From the NCBI GenBank assembly GCA_001949185.1, contig BDGG01000003.1:635633-699632 (forward strand): DNA of 64,000 bases. Reading direction: 5' to 3'. The stretch is from Ramazzottius varieornatus (Eukaryota; Animalia; Tardigrada). This document shows positions 47,901 through 60,622 of this stretch, piece after piece. Below the pieces are notes generated by a model that had not been told where the DNA came from, did no database searches, and saw only the letters and a program-made list of their open reading frames with translations. The position numbers and the translations under genes were made by a program. Position 1 is the stretch's first letter, and each line of letters opens with the position of its first letter.

Positions 47901-48689
47901 TCACTGTTCAAAGTCAAGGGTGGCCGAGAGCTCATCGCGTTCCTCTTCAATGACTTCCTCCTGTTAACCACACCACCGAAACCACTGACGAGCACACTGG
48001 GGAACTTTTCTTTCGATCGAAGACGCTGGACACAAATTTTGCCGTTCAAGATTTACAAAAAGCCGTTGCTGTTGAACAACTGTGCCGTTTCTCAACTTCC
48101 TGATCCCTCATCCTTTCTCCTTACTTTCCCTGCTCCCTTGTCCATTTCTCTCCCCCTCAAAGCTACAACTGTCCAAGAGTGTAAAGCTTGGATGAGGAAG
48201 GTTGAAGAAGCCGTGAAAGAGTACCAACGACTCTTACCGAACAACCACAGAAAACTAACTCGGCTTTACCAATCAAGCAATCCACCCACTGGTGTCTGTC
48301 GAGTGGTCATCCAGGAAGCGACCGACTTGTCATTGAAGGGCGAAAAGGGCAAGTTTGATGTCTTCTGTAAAGCTAGTCTTCGAGAAGACGAGGGACAAAC
48401 CACGAAGGTGGTGGAGAACACAGACAAGCCCCGGTGGGAACATCACATGAACTTCTACATTCATGACTTGGAACGAGATATCTTGTCGGTGACGGCCATG
48501 CAGTACAACGCCTTTGCGCCGAATGGGTTCTTGGGCAGAGCGGAAGTGAAGCTGAGTGAAGTTGTGAAGGAGTGCCGGGGCATGAATGTACCGCTGGTCA
48601 AGAGACTGTTGCTACAAGGCGTCGAGTCTGGTGAGGTCCTGGTCAAGATCGCCATTCACATGTTGCAACCAGCTGTCCTTCAACCGTAG
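44986..48689 (+). CDS. ITSN: Intersectin-like protein: EH, coiled coil, SH3, RhoGEF(DH), PH, C2 (exons 44986-45426, 45850-47010, 47301-48689; about 996 aa)
   Basis: EH: LADMWSKADRSRDGRLDVEEFCIAMH. SH3: ALYSYEARNNDELSF...GYVPANY. DH: ELVDTEERY, KPMQRITRYPLL. PH: FLFNDFLLL. C2: PNGFLGRAEV, GEVLVKI. Confidence 0.9.
47088..47206. repeat. Copy of the intronic palindromic repeat in intersectin intron 2
   Basis: TGGAACCGTGCGCCACTT (47143-47160) is an inverted repeat of AAGTGGCGCACATTTCCA (47189-47206); similar to 24557-24673. Confidence 0.7.
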
Positions 48690-50294
48690 TATTTTCTTCC
48701 TTGTGCAGTTTCATTTTGGCCCCATTTCCATTTGACTACGTTTGTCTGTGATTTTTGAACTTCCCTGATATTTATTTGGTAGCTTTTTTGGCGGATAGAT
48801 CGTCTATGGTTAGCGACTTTCAGTGGATCGGTGATTTTTAGAATAATACAGAAAAAATCAGTAACCATTTGATAGAAGAAATATCTTGGTCCATACTGTA
48901 CAATGTGAACCGGAACTTTACTCTGTACAGCGAGCATAGTCTTTGATGGTTTTTCAGCCAATGCCAGAAGATATCTCACTTGTTGGCGTTCGTTTTCCCA
49001 GCGCTAGTGTTGCCAAACACCGTTGCCGGAGTTTCCGTCCGCGCTTTCATCCTCGCTTGGAAAAACCGACATTGGACGACGCAAAACTGCTTGCTTTGAA
49101 AGCCGGTCGAAAGCAAAACTTTTCAGACTTCGAAAGTGGATAGTAAATACATTGTACTCCCCAAGGGCTTTGGCTCTTATTTCGTTGAGTAATGATGGAG
49201 AGAAAAACTGGGAAGCTCCTCCCTCACCAAAGTGGCGCGTCGACAACCGCAACTTTCCACCCTGTTTTGCACAAAAGTTCTTCAGAATTCTCAAAGCATC
49301 CTTCAAGGTTTCTTTTTTCTTCCAGTTCACGGACCATCTTCAGTACCATAAAACCTTTCCATCATTCTCGAACTCAAGAAGTCTGTTTCGCGCCAAATGT
49401 TTTCCAAAAGTCGGTCGCTTTTGGCCGACTTGTGTCCATAACTAAAGGTCAGTCCTTCCGACGTTTTTCTTGTTTTCTGTTCTCATTGCATTGATCAGAT
49501 CTTGAGTTTGAAAAAATAAGCAGGAGTCTGTTAGGCAGATAGAACAGCAGACAGGTTCTGGATGTCTGTACACGAGCTCTGAAAATACGTGTGAAAGTGT
49601 TCCTCCGAAAACCGCAAAGTCATACTAACAGACCTCATAATCTGGTGACCTATCCAGCAACCTCTGACAAGATGGTCAGTCATTGCTTCCAGATCTTTTT
49701 TCAGAGAACCCTATCAGTACTCCGATGTTGAAAGATCTAGAGACATTTTCATCGAGGAATCAAGTTTCAAATATCGCTGGTTACAAAGTTCAAGTATCAG
49801 AAGGACGATAATGCGATCCTGCTTGACAGATTCAGTAGTTTTGTTCTGATGCATGGTGGAAACTGCTCGTATTAAGGTGTCGGAGTGCAATCTAACAGTC
49901 TCCGATGTTGCGAAGCTTCCTGTACAACATCCATTCGGTCCAGCGACAGACCCGTCGGTGCTTGGAAGCTTCGAGCCAAGATGGGAGTGGAAAAACCAGA
50001 CATACTTATGTGCGTAACAAGACAAATCTCAGACCAACTAGTCTCCAGAAAGTAGGTAGCGCAGTAAAATGCAAAGAATCGGCCGAGGTAGATTTTTAGA
50101 GACTCTCAGAGGCCGGGACGAAGCAGCGTCGTAACCAGGGTGACGTACCGAGCCTTTTCAACAGTTAACGTAGTCACCTGTCGTTCGACACAAAATTTGA
50201 CAACGCTTACATTTGCTACTGGCTTTCTCCTGCAATTTGGGACTGACTTTCTACCCACGTCTGGGACGTTATCGGCAGTAGTGGCGAATTCGCA

Positions 50295-51509
50295 ATGGCG
50301 GCTGTTCAAAATGACAGAAGTGCTGGGAAACTGACCCCCGTCACTTCTGCAACGTTCCGGCCTACTCATGCAACGGAGTCGCTGCTGAATTTTGGTCAAG
50401 CGGACCGCGATCTCGCCGATGAATTCCAGGAAGCCCAAGAAACTGTGTACACCATGCCCGATGGAACCGAAGTTCGACCCAACAATCGTGATCCATTCTA
50501 CTCTTGCCTAACTACTCATAACAGCCACTACCTCGCCGCACCCAACGGTTGTCTAGCTATCCACCTCGTCTACGCCAAGCATCTCGATACTCGTACCATC
50601 CAGCGTCTCTTCCCCAACAGCGACCACCTCGACTACTACGTCCGCGTCGATTTCCTCGACAAACAACTGTATTCCGAGCTCATCGTCGATGTACCAGTCG
50701 GTACAGGTCGCATCATCTTCGACCATCTCGTCACCTTCACCATCGAAGACATTGCCATTAACGACGGTTCTGAAGCCCAGATCGTCTCCTTACACCTCAT
50801 TGCGATCGACGAAAGTGACCCTCAACGACACATTATCGTTGCGTCGGTTGAGCGGCCCTTACTCGATTTCATTCGCTGGATGATCTCCAGTGAAATGCTG
50901 GTCTTGTCCCGACCGGCTAGAATAAACGAAACGGATGGTGGGTTAGAGGGTGAACGGTTCATGGGGAGGCTGCTGATCAAGTCAGCTTTCGCCTATGGAC
51001 GATTCGGCTTCGGTTATTCTAACCAAATATTTGATGAACGAATGGAACCGAAAGACGCGATGGCGCACTCTCTGTTTCCACGCTACGCCCCATTGCCCAG
51101 CCGTATACAAGAAACGGGAAATGTTCTGAGATTCAAGCCGATCATACCGTTGATCCACACGTTTCCCTTTCCGGAGATGAGTGATACACCGATCGGCGAT
51201 GTGAGTCTGAAGCAACCGGTGGAGTACCAGGACGAGGAAGAACAGACGGTCACAGAGGCCATACCATGGGACAACCCTTACTTGTACTACATTCCGATCA
51301 TGTCGAAGGAACTGCTGAATGACTGGACGGTGAAGCTGAGAGGCTTGAAGGGAAAGACGAGAAGACGGATAGCGTACTTACAGCAGATGTCAGCACCGGA
51401 ACCTGGTAGAGGGTACAAGACATTACCCCAAGCTCAAGGGGTGCGCGCGGAGAAATCGGCCGTGCTACCGGAAAAGAGTGATTCACCAAAAAACCTCAAA
51501 GTCGAATGA
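50295..51509 (+). CDS. C2CD6: Intronless C2-domain protein, ALS2CR11/C2CD6 (CatSper-tau)-like, 404 aa
   Basis: Long ORF with a C2-like strand pattern (GCLAIHLVYAKHL, YYVRVDF, IIFD) followed by FAYGRFGFGYSNQI...SLFPRYAPLPSR, resembling the ALS2CR11 signature as I recall it. Confidence 0.62.
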   Translation: MAAVQNDRSAGKLTPVTSATFRPTHATESLLNFGQADRDLADEFQEAQETVYTMPDGTEVRPNNRDPFYSCLTTHNSHYLAAPNGCLAIHLVYAKHLDTRTIQRLFPNSDHLDYYVRVDFLDKQLYSELIVDVPVGTGRIIFDHLVTFTIEDIAINDGSEAQIVSLHLIAIDESDPQRHIIVASVERPLLDFIRWMISSEMLVLSRPARINETDGGLEGERFMGRLLIKSAFAYGRFGFGYSNQIFDERMEPKDAMAHSLFPRYAPLPSRIQETGNVLRFKPIIPLIHTFPFPEMSDTPIGDVSLKQPVEYQDEEEQTVTEAIPWDNPYLYYIPIMSKELLNDWTVKLRGLKGKTRRRIAYLQQMSAPEPGRGYKTLPQAQGVRAEKSAVLPEKSDSPKNLKVE

Positions 51510-51825
51510 TGGGCGCACTGTGCATGGTCGAGGTGTTCGGCGTTGCGTTTCGCATCGCACCTTTGTTTCCTCGACGCCGTTCTAGGTACTGCGAGGTTCT
51601 ACAGTCGCCTATCTCGTTAGGCTGTAGTGACAATTTCCCCTTATAGCTTTCGTTTACTCTGTGAAGTCGACTGAACTGTGCGACTGCTTCGCAAAGATCT
51701 TTGCAACTGCAGCCGCTCAATGACCTTCGCGTGCTTCAATATTCTACTGTCTTTTCCGACACAGATCTCGGCTATGGGCGGCCGGAGATGCAAATATTCG
51801 TGTATTACGATTTTGAAACTGGGTG

Positions 51826-52541
51826 ACCTACGGAACTCGCATGCATGTAACATTGCAAAACTTGCAGTGACATTGTTTTGTGGTAATTTTGTTAATTTGA
51901 AGATGTGGTTCCAATTTCGGTAAACATAATGCAAAGTTTCCACAATTACGGCAAACGTGGCGACATGACTGCAACGAATCCCAGGTATAATACGACATTG
52001 CGAACAAAGAACTAAGGTTGTGAAACAAGGGACAAGATTTGTTAAGTGATTTCGGAGTTTTGAGGTTACTTTGTGTAGTAAGCGAAGTTGAAGCAAGTTT
52101 TGCAGACACACTGCAAAACTTTCGGAATTTTCGTGGCTTTGTTGGAATTATTATGAATTATGGATCAGTCAAACAGAAATCTGGTGGGCGTAGTCAAGGT
52201 TAAGCAGTACATGATTGGATCGTTCAACCACGCCCACATCGTTTCTATTTCACCGTGACATGCGGATGCCTGAAAACTCACCTTGCCGAAACCAAGTTAC
52301 TACAAGTTTTACAGAGTTACCGAGATATTTACAAACTTACTGCAATCCCAACAAACATATGACAAAATTTTCCAGCTTCAATCAGGACTTGCCACAATCT
52401 TTGCGCTTTATCCCTTGTTACCACAAACTTTTCCAAGTTACATCAAAGTTTTCCAACAAACTGCGGCATTCGCAAACTTGTTGCAAAATTGATAAAACAA
52501 ATTTACTGCAAGTCTTGCAAAGTTACGTCAAAACCCGCAGC
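51826..52541. mobile_element. Old non-autonomous TIR element with TTGCAA-type subterminal repeats
   Basis: GTAACATTGCAAAACTTGCAGT near 51847 mirrors ACTGCAAGTCTTGCAAAGTTAC near 52505; composition flips across the centre. Confidence 0.5.
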
Positions 52542-53117
52542 GTTACCAATGTTGTTTCAAAATCGTAATACACGACTATTTGCGTCTCCAGCCGCCCATA
52601 CTCGGTAGATAAAACAGCGTTTTCGCAATCAGAATTCAAGTGGATTCTAGTGAGTAGTACTTCGCTCGAGAACTCAGTGCGGTGGTACTCTCGTATGATT
52701 AAACACATGATCATTTATGCGAGAGCCATAACGTGGGGAGAACGTTCACGTTGATGTGCTAGTTTTTTTGATCGGGTTAGCGTAGGTAGAACTGGCTTTA
52801 TTCGACGGACATTGTCCAAGTGTACCGGTATGTCGCCTCTCAATTCAATTTCCATGGTACTGTATCACGTCTTTATACCCTACGTACAAACCTTTCCGGG
52901 CCTCCGGATCCAGACTTATTAATTAAGGCGAAGTGGGCTGCAAGGACTTCCCCACGAGACGTGATACCCCGCATTAAGCAGCACTGTTATTCAAACATGA
53001 CCATTACAGCATAATAGCTCTGCGGACCATCCTGCTTCACCCTTGTTTTCTCCATAATTACCGACCTGCGTATAATCAAATCCAGAAGTAACGGGGACTT
53101 TGCCTGAGCTTGTCGAA

Positions 53118-55030
53118 TAATGCCGAAATTTTTTTTTCTGTGATGCTCGCGCTGTGGTGCCGATGCGGTTTCGTTGAAATGGTTCACTTTATCACGATGG
53201 CTAACAGCGAGAGTCGCTCGATAGGTCTTGAAGTCCCAAGTCCGACTTTCGCGGTGGCTTTGAACGAAAGTCAACAGCTGTACCCGATATCCTAGCTAAT
53301 TTTAGGTGGACTATGAAGGATGTCAGCGCTGCGACGTACTGTGACCAGGATTCATTGCTTACTGTGATCACCAACATGGCGGAGCTGTATCGGGACGGTC
53401 AGCTCTCGGGAACTTCGCCCATAGTTATTCTCGCTCAAGGTTATTCTCGCCCATAATGTGTTACAATAATTCGATCGGAAACGCGCGCCGCTACCGTCTC
53501 AAAATGACCTTGGCTTCACAAGCCGTTAATCTGGATACATTCCTTTTCTTCTCCCGTCGCAGTGTGCGCCACGCAGCTCACTCCGATTGCTGATTTTGCA
53601 AGAGGTAAAAAATGGCTGGATACTACGCTGTCGAGTTGATCCAGAAAGTTATTAACTACTTTTGCTTTCTTTGATTTACTGCAGAAACAGACTCATTGGT
53701 TGTGCCTTGGTAAGCATGATGAAAGTTTTTTCTCAAAATACGTCACCATCATTTGGCGACAGCAGGCCGGGTCTCCCGTTGAGTTGAGTGCATACTGTAT
53801 GCATCTCATTTGCAGAACCGTCGATGACCCGACCTATGCTGACAAGGAGCGTTTCCCAACGTTGGTGTCCTTTACCTTGGCCTCCATCGGTGCCTACGGA
53901 CAGGCTCTGCTAGCAGTCATGGAAAAATTTTCCTGGAAATGTATTTCGGTCTGAATCGACAAAGTGTAGCTTACGGGTTTTATCAATACAACCAAGATTC
54001 GTGTAAGCGAAGAATGTAGAGGAGCACAAGTGTCACTGAGGGACCAGGCTGTCAAATACAACTTCGTCGAGATCTCCATGGACTCCGACAAAGGGAATGT
54101 GAGTGAAACCCTATAAAGAGGTCAGAGGCATTCGCGAGGTAAGCATTAAATACTGCATACCATTTTTACCGTACGTCGTGGCTGCGTCGCAGAGCCGCTG
54201 ACGTATTTTCAGAAACGGGTAGCAAAAGTAAAGCTGGAATTCGCTACATAGAAATTAGTGTGCGCCAGGAAAGGGAGTCTTCAGCACCGTAGAACAGCCT
54301 CGAGCGAAGCACTGGAGGAGGGGGGGACCGAACCCCTGTTCTTTCCCAGAGGCGGTGGTCTGTTTCCAGCTCTCCGTCAGTAGCTCAACACAGAAAACGC
54401 CAGCAGTTTTCCTGTTTACGTACGGTACTGTGCGTGGGAACGGTTGTTCAGTTAGCCGGCCTGTGGCGGGGTTATTAAGTTAGCAGCGGTTAATAGGGGT
54501 AGGCCATCAGACGGCCTACTGGTTGGAAGGTGCGGTTAACTCAACAACCGAAATTTGGAATGGCTAACTCAACGGCCGTTCCCTCGAGGTTTGAGTGCCT
54601 GCGCTGTCCCTACCTACAGGTGTGATATTCCGTACTGCTGCACTGAGCAGCGTACGCAAGGGCTGGCCTGGTTTGCGCAACAGTCAGAATTAATCCTCAA
54701 TGATCAGTCTGTGCATGCATAACGGCGCGTTTTTCACCGTCCTCTTCAATTTTCCTGTTTCCTTACCCCTGGCTCCGTGATAGTGCGTGGTCTACAGTAT
54801 TAATCCATAGCAACATCTTGGTCGGGCTGCTATGATGAGTCAAAGCTTGTACGGACGAACATGCTTGGTTTGCTACAGGGGAAATTTTTTTCAACTGTTC
54901 AGGAATCGACTTTTTTCGCACCTGAGGGCGATCCGAGGGTTTTTGTACGAGGCGATAGAGAAAGTCAAGAGCTTTCTTTCGCGCTTGACAGGAGTATCAT
55001 CTGACTTAGGAGACCGAAGGTATTGACGGG
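53118..55030 (+). pseudogene. Decayed natriuretic-peptide-receptor / receptor guanylyl cyclase ectodomain (ANF_receptor) gene
   Basis: Exon remnants with GT-AG sites: PTFAVALNESQQLYP, CATQLTPIADFAR, DPTYADKERFPTLVS..YGQALLAVMEKFSW..ISV*. Multiple stops; 3' limit approximate. Confidence 0.62.
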
Positions 55031-56335
55031 GGAACCCAGAGTGCGAAGAAGAATTTTGCGAAAACACGATATTCTGAAATGAAACTGCTTTCAAACCGAA
55101 GAGAGCGACGGTGAAGGCCTAGAAACAACATCTGCATTCAAGCCATTCTAGAGATGTCTGGATCCGAGGTGTGCTTTGACTTCGTCGAGCCGAAAACATA
55201 TCTTTTCGAAAACGGGGTGACCCTGGCTATTGCTTTCGAGATTAGAAAAACAGACAGGCATTACGCGAATCATGGATCCGATTACTCATTAACGGAAGAC
55301 CGACTTGAAAGCACCGTTCTTGAGCACGATTTTCCCAAACTATGCAGTAATTGAGGAACACAGCTTGCTCAGCTATGACCCGTCTCTTACGCATTTGAGA
55401 ATTTCTAGGCTTAGTCACACAAAATGTTCTTGAACAAGAAAGTCACATTGAGTCCCTTAAGTATTGGGGTACCCCCTATCTTCGTTCAGAAATTCGTAAT
55501 CCTACTTCACTGATCCGATCTTGATTATTCAAGCCTCTTCTTGAAGCTGGGTTTTTTGTTTGCACAATCACGGGACTTTCGTCGGAGTTGATCAACAAAT
55601 CAACCCGCAGTATTCAACAATACGTACTCATGAAACCGCACAGTTTTCAAATCCGTTATTTGGTAGCAGACAGAAGGTAGCGCAGCGCGCTTGTGCGTAA
55701 CGGTGAGTGAAGATTAGTCTGCCCATGAGCGAATTTATCGAAGCTCTGCAGGAAAGGTTCCGTTAGACAAGAAGCTTGGAGACCAGAAGACATGAGCTCG
55801 GCGAAGCGCAGCCAGTGTTCAGGATCACGGCTAATGAAATATTCGTGGCAGGAGCCGCTCCATTGTCCCTGAGCCTTCTGGGACGCTTGGGGAGGGGGGG
55901 GGAGGAGTATTTAAAGCGAAAACGAGAGTGGGTCCACCTCGCCGGAAAGAATGCACAGAGTCTCAATTTGACGGACAGTCTGATTGTCAGATGGGACCAA
56001 GCGTGTATATTTTGCGAAGCGGCTTGCTACCAATGGCTTAACTTTACCGGGTCGGATCAATAAGCGCCGTTCGCTCGCCTGGCCTAATTTTTGGTCGGGA
56101 CACGATTTTTGGCCAATGGCTGTCTTTCGGCTAACCTGACACTCAGTCGAAGCGTTGCCGCTGTCGGCCGGTGGCCGTTACCGAGTTCTGGTCCTGTCAT
56201 GGTGATGTCTGCGTCACGATGCGTCACGGGTCGTCGAAGAACTGTGCTCCAGGCATATGGGCCCAGTACGCCGCATTGCACACTGTGATACGAACTCCTG
56301 AAGTGCAGGTTAGCGGAGTCTCCGCTAACGGAGTC

Positions 56336-57186
56336 TCACATCCCGATTAATGTTTCCCGCTTCCCCACTTCCCGGATCATGAAGTTGCGGGAAACCTGAT
56401 ACTTGGCCCTCGTGATCCATGCTCCGAGAACGAGTCTAGTCTAATAGGTCGTGATCCAAACTATAATTTCCATTCGTAACACAGAAAAATCTCTTCTGAA
56501 GTATTGTTCGTATTCTACTGCTAATAAATTTAAACAGACAACTGGATGTAGAATGAAACATCAGGCGGAATTTTGGGACCTCTGATTCGCATGGAATTTT
56601 GAATTTTTTACAGCGCGTCATCGGCCGCCGGTCAACATTGACCATAACTTTCATAATTCATTTCGGAGTCAGTTATCAGATATTGTTGGGTTTCTTTTGC
56701 TTGATTAATTCGAACAGACACTATAGACAATATGGTGCATACGCCACCAAACTAAATTCTGCCTCGGTCACAGGCCCCGGCGTACTTTGGCTGGTGTGGC
56801 GCTTCAACGACAGCATTGATGTATCGATTGAGTCGCTCAATAATGTCAACAAAAATTTTCGAGGTAAAACCGGTAAATATTCTTCCAGAAATCCTCTTTG
56901 AATTGGAAGCGTATTCGGGTACTTTGGGTTCTTCCTTGTAAATTCGTACGATCAAACCCAGCACGATCCATGAACCGCTCCATGGCGAGGCGATCATGTC
57001 TCAAACGATGCGGACCGTGGTTTTCTAATATCATGATCCACGTCTCCGCACTCGTTTCCCACCACCTGATCCATATCCCGTGATCCGGGAAGTAGGCTAT
57101 TATACTAGGAACCGTGATTCAGGTGCCGGATCACGATCAAGTATAATAGGCCAGATCACAAAATCGAGTTCTGAATGGGATGTGAT
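56336..57186. mobile_element. Degenerate inverted-repeat element with GTGATCC/GGATCAC repeats
   Basis: TCACATCCC...ACTTCCCGGATCA at the left end mirrors TGATCCGGGAAGT...GGGATGTGA at the right end. Confidence 0.45.
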
Positions 57187-59626
57187 CTGGGAAACGTAGT
57201 ACAATACTAGCTTGAGTAAGCTTCTCTGGACCTAGAAAGACAATATTGGTCATGCAGCGTTCTATCCCGACTCGTGCGTCTGCTCAAGAGCAAACCAGTA
57301 CTAAAGCTGTAGATAACAAACTCGCGTACAAAGTGATAGTTTTTCAAATGGCGACCTGCAATGCTGATCGAGCAATTTTGAAGAATAGCACAGCGACAAC
57401 TTCGGAGGCTGACTTACCAAAAACCGCAGAAGGGATCTCCAAAACTAACACTTTGTGGACAAACGAAAATACTTCATATAAATCATATATGAATTATCTT
57501 TCATAATTCCCGTGGATGTCATTGCGCCGGCCAGTTGGGCTTGAGCCCCTGTCAGTTGGCTATGGCAATGCCTTTCTTTTCACTGTGCCGTCTACAGCGA
57601 AAATTCGCGCTTGTACGGCACCATAAGCCCACGCCTAGTGAATCAGCGTTCGCATGCCTTGTGTCCCTGGTCGCTCTCTCCGAAAATAACAGAACGGCTG
57701 CTTCCGGGCTGACCCAATTAATTTATCATTTTTTTGTCTTGAAAACTGTAAAAGTTGCCAGGCTAGTTTTGTTGATCACCATGTAGAGAAGACATTGAGT
57801 TACTGTATATCAATGGACGGTTTGAGTTTACGGCTGTCGAACCTTCTCTGGAAAAATGGTGTGACCTTTATGCTGTGACTAGCCGGCTATGTAAAAAACT
57901 GGCGTCAAGGAGCGATTGCACATGGTCAAAAAGGCTTTTTCAGCAACTGTGCTTTTTGGACGTCTTTTGTGTGCGCTGAGTTTGCTCTAGAACGGGATTG
58001 ACGAGCAAGCCTAGCTTTGCATGCGTAAGCCGTCCACATGTGAGAATTCGATTACAAAGTTTTCAATTGCGCTATACAATATATTCCGCCACGGTGGCGG
58101 AATGAGTAACAATGTGATCCGGGTCTATCCGCTTCGCACCCGCTTTCATGACGCTGCTGCGCTCCGCTGCGGCCCGTTATTCGCTCTGCTGCCGTTACAG
58201 AAAATCTCCTTGCGCCACAAAAATGATCGATTTTCGACGTTTTTTGTTACCAAAATCGACGTGAAAAATAACGTTTTATCCATCTCAAGCTAGTAAAAAA
58301 AACATGAACTTTCTTGAAAGAGGTTGCTGAGCTTGGAGTTTGCGTGATGAGTGTCGATAAAGAATCCAGTTTTGGCTAAACTTCAGCAGTTTCAACTATA
58401 GCCCGTTATCGTCTGTTTTGGATAGTTACTAACATACCCAGTTCTGCAACAGTTTCGCTATAAGGCGTACCGAAGCGGAAAACTGGCCCGACAACGCTAC
58501 GCCCTTCCGAATCTGCCCATCCTTCGGTGTGTCAACGCCTGTCCGTCCTTTTATTCCCGTGGGTCAGTTTTGCTGGGAGCTGAGGCTTACAGGACGGACT
58601 GTAATCTCCCGGAAGTTGCCCGAAGAAACGCATCGCTGGCGTGTAAATAGTTATTACCTTGACTTCAGTGTCGAAGCCAACGATTCTTTGCTGCTCACGT
58701 TTTCAGGAACCCTTTATACATAGGTAATTGAAGCGTGCGAAACACCTGGTGGTATTACAATATGAGAAGCAAAGTGGTCAGCAACCGCGCCACGGATACA
58801 TAATTCAAAAGATGTGTCTTACGTCGCCCATTATGTTTCTCCTAATTTTAAGGCAATCAGGGAGAAAAAGGAGATCAATATTTCAGGTACCAACCTGTTC
58901 AGCCAGCCGAACCGGCCATGCGCAGACCTCACTTCTGTCCATTACAGTACTCCCACTTAACAATGCAACAGACGACGCATGAGGGAACTTATTCTGCCTC
59001 CTTCAGTTTGACAAAGTGCTTCGTCATACTGACAAGAAACAACCAGCCATGCGAGAAGCCAACCATCCGATATATCAATAGCGGGACGGGAAAATTCCTG
59101 GTTGTGGGACTGTGGAACAGAAGGAACCGCTTTCATATCTAAATGTACACTCAAATACAGCCGTTTTTTCGGAAGACTGGGAATACATGCCAATAACCGA
59201 AGAAACAAGTCTAACTCCCGCCATTCTTCGAAACTGAAAAGGAAGCACTGTCACTTTGAGCGGTGAAATCTGAACCGGCATAATTAATCTGTCTCACCGG
59301 ACATTAGGAATCGACGAGTAGCGCGTAAACGCAGTAGGACAATTTTATCGTCTGTTTTTCCCAATACTGTACGTATGCTTCGGGGTTTTTCTTGAGCAGA
59401 TTTATGGCTGATCTTGTTCGAAGCAGTAACACTGAGGCATGACGCCCTCGAACCTTTTTACTCTGATCCATCGTCACAAAAAGCATGGGAGACACTTGAT
59501 AGCCTTATCAGATCGGGTCTCTGCCCGAGTCAAAAGTATGACAAGGGAACTTTCTTGCTTCCATGTAGTTAATTTGCATATACTGTTGTTTCATGCTCGC
59601 TAGTCATTCTTATCTTAGTCACCGTG

Positions 59627-60518
59627 ATGAGCCCATCCGCGGCTGATTTGTTACTTGGTGGGACTGTTCTAATCGCTTCCTGCCGGTGCATCTTACTTCG
59701 TACCAACCCCGCGCTAAATCAGAATGTCGGAGTCATGTTGAGCTACACGCCGGATCCAGAAACGGCCATGAATGCGGTACAGTAAAGCCCTGAGTTGAAG
59801 ATCGCTCCAAGGTCTTCCGGTTGTGCACCTTGATCACGAAATCTCGCCTTTTACCAAGTTCGCTCTTGCAGACAAAAATTATTTGGTATCATGGGTATCC
59901 GGCTGAAGAATATAAGATTTGCGTAATTTCTGTCTGCCACAGGTTCCGAATTTATCTCGAGTAGTTTGGAAATGCGAAAGAATTTGTTTCTTGCAATTAT
60001 CTTCCGGCTTTAGACAGAGGATGGATACCTCATATAGATCCAACGCATTCCGCATGGCATCAAAAACACAACCCTGCAAGGGAATGGTCCCCGACCAGTG
60101 GTCATCCTGCAGCATGGTACACATCCCTCACTGTCAGTAGCCAGCCATTTCGTCCCATGTCAAGCTTGCGAAACTTTTTACATTACTGTACCTACGCGTA
60201 CCTCTGAGAGTTTGACTACACCTAAAAACAAGGACTTCTCTAGGAGCTTTATGCAGCAGTACCGACTGGATAACGAACCTTCCCGGTGACAGCCTTGGTA
60301 AACATTTCATACTGTGCGCATTAATCTCTTCTAGCCGCTGGCTTGATCCGGATCGAACGTGAAGGCGTTTGCACTACGATTGAACTGGCTTCGTCTCGTT
60401 TAGGTTTCACTTTGGCCGATGCGGGATACGATGTTCGGTTAGGCAATATGCGTGGAAATTTCTACGGTCTGAACCACAAAACACTCCCCGTAGAATCGAA
60501 AGAATTTTGGGACTTCAG
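59627..60518 (+). pseudogene. 5' half of a lysosomal/gastric acid-lipase-family gene, disabled
   Basis: [62 protein letters not shown]...FWDF. In-frame TAG; no catalytic-serine exon follows. Confidence 0.85.
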
Positions 60519-60622
60519 GTCATCCCTGATCATCCCTTGCCATATACTCCTTCTTCGCGATTGGCCTAAATTCTCATTCGTACACTGTAGACACAAAATT
60601 AACCGTTAAAAATGGGCGTAAC

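Noticed and set aside
51641-52568. ORFs of 93-156 aa
   Set aside because: They fall in a repetitive inverted-repeat element and show no protein-family signal.
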